This document shows, piece by piece, positions 24,335 to 32,859 of a DNA stretch of 64,000 bases. The notes below the pieces were generated by a model. It searched no databases. It saw nothing but the letters and a program-made list of their open reading frames with translations, and was not told the origin of the DNA. The position numbers and the translations under genes were made by a program. How positions within the stretch are numbered: position 1 is the stretch's first letter; every line of letters starts with the position of its first letter. The DNA comes from Acidimicrobiia bacterium. GTDB taxonomy: Bacteria > Actinomycetota > Acidimicrobiia > IMCC26256 > PALSA-610. The DNA lies in assembly GCA_036501845.1 (NCBI GenBank), contig DASXZO010000040.1, positions 22,568 through 86,567 of the forward strand, in the 5' to 3' direction.

Positions 24335-26266
24335 CTACACGGACGAGACAGTCACCTGCTGCGACGTGGTGCCTTGGACGTTGGAGTCGTCAGTGACGGT
24401 GAGTGTCACCGTGTACGTGCCGTCGGCGGCGTACGAGTACTGCGGCGAGACGCCACTGGCGGTGCCGCCGTCTCCGAAGTTCCACGCGTAGTTCGTGATC
24501 GAACCGCCGTCGGTGTCGGTGGAACCGCTGGCGTCGAACGTGACCGTGTCGCCGCTGGCGACCCAGTTGAACGACGCAGTCGGCGCCTGGTCGACGGTGA
24601 CCTTGTGCGACGTGGAGATCGACGCGCCACGCGCGTTCGTCACTGTGAGCACCACCGTGTAGGTGCCGCGGGTCGTGTATGCGTGGCTGGCCGTGACGCC
24701 GCTCGTGGTGTCGACATTGCCGTCACCGAAGTCCCACGCGTACGTGAGCGCGCTGTCGAGGTTGAGCGACGACGAGCCGTCGACGTTGACGGTGAGGCTG
24801 CTGGTCAGCGCCGAGAACGCCGCGGTGGGCGGGATGGTCACGAGGCACGCCGAACCCGTCGCGTTCTGGATGGCGTTGAGTGCCGTCACCAACTTGGCCT
24901 TCACCGCCGCGTACGCGGGATTGGCATGCTGCGACATGAGCTCGTACGGGTCATGCAGGAGGTCGTAGAGCTCCTCCTCCTTGGTGGTGTGCAACACGTA
25001 CTTCCAGTTCGTGGTGCGCACGCAGCGGTACCCGGAGTCGTCGATCATCACCGCCCGGTCGAGCCCGAGCTCCGGATGCGCCACGTAGTCGACCAGGGAG
25101 CGCCCGTCGAACGTGCGCCCCACCGGGGTGGCACCCGCGAGCGCGCAGATCGTCGGCGCGAAGTCGACACCTGAGCACACCGAGTTGATCGTGGTCCCGG
25201 CCGGGAATCCTGGCCCCATGATGTACAGCGGCACGCGGGCCGATTCCTCGTACACCACACTCTTGCCCCACGGAACGCGGTGTTCGCCCTTCATGAAGCC
25301 GTTGTCAGACGTGAAGATCACGACGGTGTTGGCGATGTCGGAACCGAGCGCCGTGAGCAGTGCGTCGATCGAGTCGTCGGCACCCATGAGCGCGAGCAAG
25401 CGTTGGCGCTCGCCGCTGGCGATGCTGTTGATCCTGCTGGCGGGGAGCAGTGCGAGCTTGCGGATCGCCTTCGGCTTGTCGCTCACGTCGAGCTCGTTGA
25501 AGTTTGGCCGCCAGTTGGGCGTGAACGGCTTGAGCAGCTTGCCGTAGACCGACTCCACCATGCCGCTGCCCTGGTGGTTCGCAGTGTTGCCCATGTAGAA
25601 GAACAGCGGCTTCGTCGAGTTCGCGCGCCAGCGCGCCATCATCGTGCGGGCGCGGTTCGCGTTCTCGACCTCGATGTAGCCCTTGCCGCTTTCGAGGTGG
25701 CCGTTGTTGTTGATCTGCCACTTCACATAGTTCGCGCCAGCTCCCGAACCCGTGGAGCAGTGGCCCTCGAAGTCGTCCCACCCCGGCGGCACAGCGTCGT
25801 TGTTCTGGAACGAGTTCAGGAACTTCCCGAGACCGGCCGTGTAGTAGCCGGCCGTCTGCAACCACACCGGCAGTTGCGCGGGGCTGTGCAACACCGGGTC
25901 GCCGACATTGTTCGCGTTGCTGATGGCGCGGTGGTTGCGTACGTACTCGCCCGTGATGAAGCTCGCGCGCGAGGGCTGGCACAGCGGGCGCGACGTCATG
26001 AAACCGTCGAAGTAGGTGGCCTGGTTGAACAGGCGCGCCGTGGTCTTCGACATGATCCACGTCTCGTCGAAGCGCTCGTCGTCGGTGCAGATCCACACGA
26101 TGTTCGGGCCTGCGCCACCACCTGAGCCGCCACTCGCGCCGGCGCGCGTCGCCGCGACACCGTCGACGAGCGGTGCCAGCGCCGCGCCCGCGGCAGCCGC
26201 GCCGGTCGCCTGCATGAACCTGCGACGCGTCAGCCGCGGCATGCCACGGCCCCCGCGCGATCCCAT
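24335..26266 (-). CDS. Tat-exported formylglycine-type sulfatase with two C-terminal PKD domains
   Basis: The Tat signal is TRRRFMQATGAAAAGAALA. The sulfatase signature is NIVWICTDDERFDE..RPLCQPSRASFITGEY. Two PKD-like repeats are present: YAWDFGDGN..TYTVVLTVTNARG and YAWNFGDGG..TYTVTLTVTDDSN. An alternative start is the ATG at 26242. Confidence 0.85.
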   Translation of the reverse strand: MGSRGGRGMPRLTRRRFMQATGAAAAGAALAPLVDGVAATRAGASGGSGGGAGPNIVWICTDDERFDETWIMSKTTARLFNQATYFDGFMTSRPLCQPSRASFITGEYVRNHRAISNANNVGDPVLHSPAQLPVWLQTAGYYTAGLGKFLNSFQNNDAVPPGWDDFEGHCSTGSGAGANYVKWQINNNGHLESGKGYIEVENANRARTMMARWRANSTKPLFFYMGNTANHQGSGMVESVYGKLLKPFTPNWRPNFNELDVSDKPKAIRKLALLPASRINSIASGERQRLLALMGADDSIDALLTALGSDIANTVVIFTSDNGFMKGEHRVPWGKSVVYEESARVPLYIMGPGFPAGTTINSVCSGVDFAPTICALAGATPVGRTFDGRSLVDYVAHPELGLDRAVMIDDSGYRCVRTTNWKYVLHTTKEEELYDLLHDPYELMSQHANPAYAAVKAKLVTALNAIQNATGSACLVTIPPTAAFSALTSSLTVNVDGSSSLNLDSALTYAWDFGDGNVDTTSGVTASHAYTTRGTYTVVLTVTNARGASISTSHKVTVDQAPTASFNWVASGDTVTFDASGSTDTDGGSITNYAWNFGDGGTASGVSPQYSYAADGTYTVTLTVTDDSNVQGTTSQQVTVSSV

Positions 26267-26409
26267 TGCGCCATGATCCGCCCCGTACCTCCGCCCGACG
26301 CCAGTCCGCCAACGTCCGACGAGAGTCTGACGGAGACACCCGCTGGTGTCAAAGAATCTCCACGCCTTTCAGCGTTCGCCACACTCAGGTGCGCACGCCG
26401 CACGACAGC

Positions 26410-27249
26410 ATGTACGGCAACGCGGATGGGCTCTACCCTCTGCGCCCGATGGCAACGGAGGCGGCCCCCGCGGGCGACTACCGCAAGTATGTGGGGCCGC
26501 CCGACAACTACGACCTCATGGGCGGCCTGCAGTTCGCGCTGCTGTTGGCCCTCGGCCTGCGCGAGCAGCACCGTCTCGCCGACGTGGGTTGCGGCTCGCT
26601 CCGGGCCGGCCGGTTGTTCATCCCCTATCTCGCGGCCGGCAACTATTACGGCGTCGAGCCGAACCGCTGGCTGGTCGACGCGGGCATCGCCAAGGAGCTC
26701 GGGCCGAGCGCGGTGGAGCTCAAGGCCCCACATTTCGCTTGGAACGACGACTTCGACCTCTCAGGCTTCGGCACCCAATTCGACTTCGTGCTCGCGCAGA
26801 GCATCTTTTCGCACACCTTCGCCGACCTCACCGCCCAGGCGTTTCGCAATCTGCGATCGTCGCTGGCGCCGGGCGGGCTGGTCGTGGCTACGTACTACGT
26901 GCGCCGCCGCTACGCGCCCGGCCACACACGCACGCCCGATTCCGGCCATGGGTTCCTGCACCCCGGCGTGGTGGGTTACCGCTGGCCACAGATCGAGGGG
27001 CTGCTCGACGACGCCGGTCTTGCCGGTCATCGCGTCAACTGGCGTCATCCGCGCCAGGAGTGGTTCGTGGCCGCGCGCAAGGGCGACGAAGCCGTGCTGC
27101 GCGACGCAGTGGTCGAGTCATGCCGTTCGCTGCGCGCGCTCCCGCGCAGCCGTCGAGCGCGCGACGACGTGAACATCACATTGGCCGAGTGGCGCAAGCG
27201 TTGGCGCGGGCAGTGGGCGCGGATGTCGAAGGGGCTCGGCCGCAGCTGA
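26410..27249 (+). CDS. class I SAM-dependent methyltransferase, paralog of 12538..13383
   Basis: This is the 3' part of ORF 26266..27249 (ATG at 26410, alternative at 26449). Motifs are LADVGCGSLRAGRLF, WNDDFDLSGFGTQFDFVLAQSIFSHT and LAPGGLVVATYY. Confidence 0.65.
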   Translation: MYGNADGLYPLRPMATEAAPAGDYRKYVGPPDNYDLMGGLQFALLLALGLREQHRLADVGCGSLRAGRLFIPYLAAGNYYGVEPNRWLVDAGIAKELGPSAVELKAPHFAWNDDFDLSGFGTQFDFVLAQSIFSHTFADLTAQAFRNLRSSLAPGGLVVATYYVRRRYAPGHTRTPDSGHGFLHPGVVGYRWPQIEGLLDDAGLAGHRVNWRHPRQEWFVAARKGDEAVLRDAVVESCRSLRALPRSRRARDDVNITLAEWRKRWRGQWARMSKGLGRS

Positions 27250-27256
27250 CGCGGCG

Positions 27257-28555
<1,299 letters not shown>

Positions 28556-28655
28556 ACCGCTCTCCGCCGGGCTGAAACCGCGCCTAACTTTGCCCGCTCG
28601 TACCGCACGTCCGAATCATTGCACCGCTTGGTGTGGTCGCGGGAGAGCACGTTCG

Positions 28656-29168
28656 ATGAGCCGATCGATCCGAGGCATCCGTCATAGCGCGGCAGCGTGC
28701 GCATGCGCGCTTGCGATCGCCGCCGGCGCGTGTTCGAGCAGCAAGACTGCGGCGACCACGACCACCACACCTCCCCCGAGCACCACGACGACGGCAGCGC
28801 TTCCGGTGCCTCAACAGATCCTGCAGCTGCATCAGTATCTCTCGCCCCAAGGCCGAGGCTTCCCGCTGCTCACGTACTTGCACACCACCGCCGCGATCGG
28901 CGCGGGCCAGGATCCCGGGAAAGCCGTCTGCCTGGCCTTGACGCAGAAGCTCGTGAGCCAGCACCTCGACAGTGCCACTGTCCAAGCACTCGTGCGCGGC
29001 CTCCCGCCGATCATCCGCAACGATTTCGTGACGGTGCCGTTCGATCGAACCGCGGCCCTCGACCTGTGCACGCAAGGCAAGGCGATCCCGTCGATTCTCA
29101 CGACTGGCAATGCCGGCTACACCGGGGTGTTGCGGCGGCATCTCAAGCAGTACGGCATCAACATCTGA
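28656..29168 (+). CDS. probable lipoprotein, function unknown
   Basis: The ATG at 28656 within ORF 28521..29168 is preceded by GGGAGAG. The signal is MSRSIRGIRHSAAACACALAIAAGAC-SSSK (lipobox-like AGAC), followed by a Thr/Pro linker. Confidence 0.55.
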   Translation: MSRSIRGIRHSAAACACALAIAAGACSSSKTAATTTTTPPPSTTTTAALPVPQQILQLHQYLSPQGRGFPLLTYLHTTAAIGAGQDPGKAVCLALTQKLVSQHLDSATVQALVRGLPPIIRNDFVTVPFDRTAALDLCTQGKAIPSILTTGNAGYTGVLRRHLKQYGINI

Positions 29169-29523
29169 GGGCCTCGCCGCCGGGTGCAAATCGCCCAATA
29201 CACCCCGGGGGCGACGAGGACCGCTTCGACGTACACCGCTGTGGGCGTTCGGGCCCGCTACGAGATTGTTTCGCCGCGGTTTCGAAATACTTGACACGCG
29301 CCTCAACGCGAGCACAACATGGCGCCGGCTGGACCGATCGAAGTCGATCGGATTGGCGGCGGCGGAGGCACTCCAAGGCCGAAAACTTGGGGGGAACTGA
29401 AGACCACGGGGCGGCACGCCCACGGTTCGGGCGCAAGCGAACGGGATCTAGCTCCTCACCAAACATCCATGAGATCGGCTCGCGGCCAGGCCGAACTCGG
29501 TACCGACAGAGGAGACACATCAC

Positions 29524-30522
29524 GTGAAAATTTCCAAGTGGCTGGCTGCGGGTTCCGCAGTAGTCGCACTCGGCGGGGCCGGTTTCCTGGCTGTGCCGAA
29601 CGCGTCGGCCAGCACTCCGACCATCACCGCAGGCCCGGGGAGCCACGTGCACTGCACGTTCTCGGCCGTGGCGAAGTTGAGCCCCGGTCTGCTGAACGAC
29701 TGGACGCAGTCCGACCACTCGAACGACACCTCGGCTCCCAACGCCACACAGAAGGCTGCGATCGCGTCGATCCCCAACACGACGTACGCCGCGAATAGCG
29801 GCGCACCCACCGTGGTCCAGACGGCGACCAAGGGTGCAACGATCAGCTGTTCGGCTTCGACAGTGGTGGACGCAACTAACACGAGCCTGACCGACACCAT
29901 CACGGGCGGCTCGATCGCGTCGACCGCGAGCAGCGCGGGCACCGACGAGGCGACGTGCGCCGGTTTGCTGAACCAGACCGGTTCGACGCAGTTCACCACG
30001 ATCATCAAGTGGACGGGTACGACCGCCAAGATCAACCCCACCACGGTGACGACGACGCTGCAAGCGCTCGCCGACATCGGCACTGACGGTGTGGGCTTCG
30101 AGCTTTCGGCCGACACTCGTTCCAGTGACTCGTCGGCTCAGAAGTTCGGCTCGATCGCCGGCTCCTTCGCCGGTGGCGTGACCGACACCAAGGCGTACAT
30201 CGACGGCGTCACGTTGACGTCGATCCTCGCCGGTCCGGCAACGCTGACCACCGACCCGAGCGACAGCAACGTCGGTCCGATCCCGCCGGGCTTGTGCCAG
30301 CCGTCGATCCAGGTGAAGGCCGGTTCGAATGCTCCTGGTGTGAGCGACTCGGTGGCCATCAAGGTGAAGAAGAACAAGGGCCTGAAGTCGATCACGCTGG
30401 CCGACAACAGTGGCCAGGGTGCGGTCTTCGCTCCGACCCCGGCCAACTCGAACCTCGACCTCTGCGTTGGTCCGCAGACGTCGTGCCCGCGGCCCACTGC
30501 ACCGGCACCGCCGGCATCGTGA
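29524..30522 (+). CDS. Sec-signal secreted Ser/Thr-rich protein, function unknown
   Basis: GTG start. The signal is MKISKWLAAGSAVVALGGAGFLAVPNASA. The mature part is very rich in S/T/A/G with paired Cys and ends in a Pro-rich tail, CPRPTAPAPPAS. Confidence 0.6.
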   Translation: MKISKWLAAGSAVVALGGAGFLAVPNASASTPTITAGPGSHVHCTFSAVAKLSPGLLNDWTQSDHSNDTSAPNATQKAAIASIPNTTYAANSGAPTVVQTATKGATISCSASTVVDATNTSLTDTITGGSIASTASSAGTDEATCAGLLNQTGSTQFTTIIKWTGTTAKINPTTVTTTLQALADIGTDGVGFELSADTRSSDSSAQKFGSIAGSFAGGVTDTKAYIDGVTLTSILAGPATLTTDPSDSNVGPIPPGLCQPSIQVKAGSNAPGVSDSVAIKVKKNKGLKSITLADNSGQGAVFAPTPANSNLDLCVGPQTSCPRPTAPAPPAS

Positions 30523-30559
30523 GCCATTCACTCCTCGGAGTGATCTGAAGTTTGACGTC

Positions 30560-30585
30560 GGAGCCCGCCCTTCGGGGCGGGCTCC
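30560..30585 (+). terminator. intrinsic terminator-like hairpin
   Basis: GGAGCCCGCCC-TTCG-GGGCGGGCTCC is a perfect 11-bp stem with a tetraloop. It lies 38 nt after the stop at 30522 and is followed by TTCGCGTTG. Confidence 0.6.
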
Positions 30586-30659
30586 TTCGCGTTGCGGCGC
30601 ATTGCATTCCTGAGCACGAGCTCGACGGTGCCGCCTGAGCTCTCGGTTACGATCACGGG

Positions 30660-32675
30660 GTGGCGGTGAAGCAAGGGACGCGCACACCCTCACGTGCACA
30701 GTCTTCCCGCAACGCGTCGCAGAAGGCGTCGTCGGCAAGGGTCGATCGGCTCCCGCCTCACGATGCGGCCCTGCTCGCACTACGCGATCCATCGCCTCGC
30801 GTCGCGCTCGACGGCGCCGACGTCTTGTGGGCCGCGGGTACCGCGGTGGTCGCGGCGCTCGTGTACCTCACCACGTTCTCGGGCCACGTGGCGCTCGGCG
30901 ACGCGCCCGAATCGGTCACGGGCGTGCGCTCGCTCGGCATCCTCCACGCCCCCGGCTACCCCAGCTACGTGCTCGCGGCGCGTCTGTTCGGCGACGTGTT
31001 CGCATTCGGTTCCTGGGCCGCGCGCGTCAACGCGTTCAGCCTCGTGGCGGCGGCGCTCGCCGTGGGTGTGGTCGTGCTCATCGCTCGCGCCTGTGGCGCA
31101 AGCCGTGCCGCCGCGGCAATCGGCGCGCTCGCATTCGCCACCACCGCCTCGTTCTGGCTCAACGCCGACTTCGCCAAGCACTACCCGCTCACCACATTGT
31201 TGGTGGCGCTGCCGATCCTGTTCGTGCTCGTGTGGCAGCAACGCGGAGGTTGGGGCTGGCTCGCCGCGGCGGGCGTGTCCCTCGGGCTGGCGTGTGGTTC
31301 GGGCTGGCAGCTCGCGGCCGTCGTGGCAATCGCGCTCGCCGTGATGCTGCGAGTCGAACCACCTCGGCCGGGCCGACGCGACCTTGCGTGGTCGATCGGC
31401 GGTTTCGTGGTGGTGGCCGCGGCGCTGTGCCTGTTCGTGGTGGTGCGCGCCGGGCAACACCCCGTCGTCAACTGGGGCGAGGCCACCTCGCCGGGCCGTC
31501 TGCTGCGCCTGATCCTGCGGGTCGACTTCGAGGGCGTGCACTCGGGAAGCGCCGGCGCTGCGGCGCCGTTCTTCGGCCGGCTCGCTGGTCGAGCGGCCAG
31601 CCTGGTGCGCGACTTCGGTTGGGTCGCCGCCGCGCTCGCCGTCGTCGGCATCGCCGCGTGGCGCCACATGCGCCGCGAGGTGCGCGCCCTGTTGTTGGTC
31701 GCCGGCCTGTTGAACCTGCTCGCGGTCGCCATCGATCCCACCCTCGGGCAGGTGAACGGGTTCCTGTCGGTGATCGCCCAGGGCGGCTACATGCTCGTGG
31801 CGATGATCGCGGTCGCGGTGCTCACCGCGCTGGGGATCACGGCCATCAGCGATTACTTCGCCGTGCGCGAGAACGTGCAGCGGCAACGCGGCGGATCGGC
31901 GATCCCTGCGTGGCGTTCGGGAACGGCGGTCGTCGCCGCCGTGTGCGCGATTGCCGTGGTCGTGCCATCGCTCGTGGTGCACTACTCGCACGCGAACCTG
32001 CGTGCGCCGGCGTTCGCTGATGCCTACGGCTCGCGCATCCTCGACGAGCTCCCCCAGCATGCGGTGCTGCTCGTGTGGGGCTCGGAGTATGCGATGCCGA
32101 TGATCTACCGCCAGGAGCTCGCACATCAACGTCGCGACGTCACGGTGATTGCGGCCGACAGCATTGTCGACTCGTGGGGGCGAGAGCAGATCGCCCAACA
32201 GCTCCACATCGGCCCGATCAAGGGGTCGAGCAATGCGACACGAGTGCACAACCTGATCACCGCAGCGAGTCGCGCCCGCCCGGTGTATCTCGACGTGTTC
32301 TCGATGAACGCGATGATCAACATCACGGGTTACGAAACCCAGGGGCTCGTGGCCAAGGTGGTTCCCGGCGCAGTGGGCCCGCACAAGGTCACCAATGTGA
32401 ACGCGCTTGCGCAATCACTCGTGGCTTCGGAGCGCGCCGACCATGTGAATCACCAGACCTGGGATCACACGCCGTTCCAAGTGACGTTCTGGGAACGCGC
32501 TCGCGCGCACATCGAACTCGCGAAGGTGTACGCACTGCAGAAGAACACTGCAGGAGTAGTGCGCGAGTTGCGTCGCGCCGAAGCCGTATTCCCCGAGGTG
32601 CCGAACGTGCCGGCCGCGCTCGACTACATCGTGAATCAGCACGCAAACCCCTACAACGTCGTCGCCGACTTGTAG
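30660..32675 (+). CDS. DUF2723/TMEM260-like GT-C fold glycosyltransferase (protein O-mannosyltransferase-like)
   Basis: LGDAPESVTGVRSLGILHAPGYPSYVL matches the D-x-x-E..HPPGYP signature of DUF2723. About 10 TM helices are followed by a soluble C-terminal domain. Confidence 0.65.
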   Translation: MAVKQGTRTPSRAQSSRNASQKASSARVDRLPPHDAALLALRDPSPRVALDGADVLWAAGTAVVAALVYLTTFSGHVALGDAPESVTGVRSLGILHAPGYPSYVLAARLFGDVFAFGSWAARVNAFSLVAAALAVGVVVLIARACGASRAAAAIGALAFATTASFWLNADFAKHYPLTTLLVALPILFVLVWQQRGGWGWLAAAGVSLGLACGSGWQLAAVVAIALAVMLRVEPPRPGRRDLAWSIGGFVVVAAALCLFVVVRAGQHPVVNWGEATSPGRLLRLILRVDFEGVHSGSAGAAAPFFGRLAGRAASLVRDFGWVAAALAVVGIAAWRHMRREVRALLLVAGLLNLLAVAIDPTLGQVNGFLSVIAQGGYMLVAMIAVAVLTALGITAISDYFAVRENVQRQRGGSAIPAWRSGTAVVAAVCAIAVVVPSLVVHYSHANLRAPAFADAYGSRILDELPQHAVLLVWGSEYAMPMIYRQELAHQRRDVTVIAADSIVDSWGREQIAQQLHIGPIKGSSNATRVHNLITAASRARPVYLDVFSMNAMINITGYETQGLVAKVVPGAVGPHKVTNVNALAQSLVASERADHVNHQTWDHTPFQVTFWERARAHIELAKVYALQKNTAGVVRELRRAEAVFPEVPNVPAALDYIVNQHANPYNVVADL

Positions 32676-32763
32676 CCCCCCATTCGCGTTCCTGGTGCAA
32701 CAGCCCCGCCAGAGCAGGTTGTTTGCACCCAGAAGCGTGTCCAGGTTCACCCGCAATTGCTGA

Positions 32764-32792
32764 TTGACTCCTCAACAGCGCGGGCGTATGTT
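32764..32792 (+). promoter_or_regulatory. candidate sigma-70-type promoter for the first RTX gene
   Basis: TTGACT (32764-32769), a 17-nt spacer, then TATGTT (32787-32792), lying 68 nt upstream of the ATG at 32860. Confidence 0.3.
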
Positions 32793-32859
32793 CGATCACG
32801 GCTGGACGGGCACGGCCTCGATAAGAGGTAGGCGGATTTCTCGTAGGGGGAAGTGCCCA

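Noticed and set aside
19145-26266. Calling the operon a lasso-peptide biosynthetic gene cluster
   Set aside because: A PqqD-like protein, an HprK-like kinase, a nucleotidyltransferase and a sulfotransferase are present. However, I find no asparagine-synthetase-like cyclase, transglutaminase-like protease, ABC exporter or short precursor ORF anywhere in the window. I therefore report it as an unexplained system instead.
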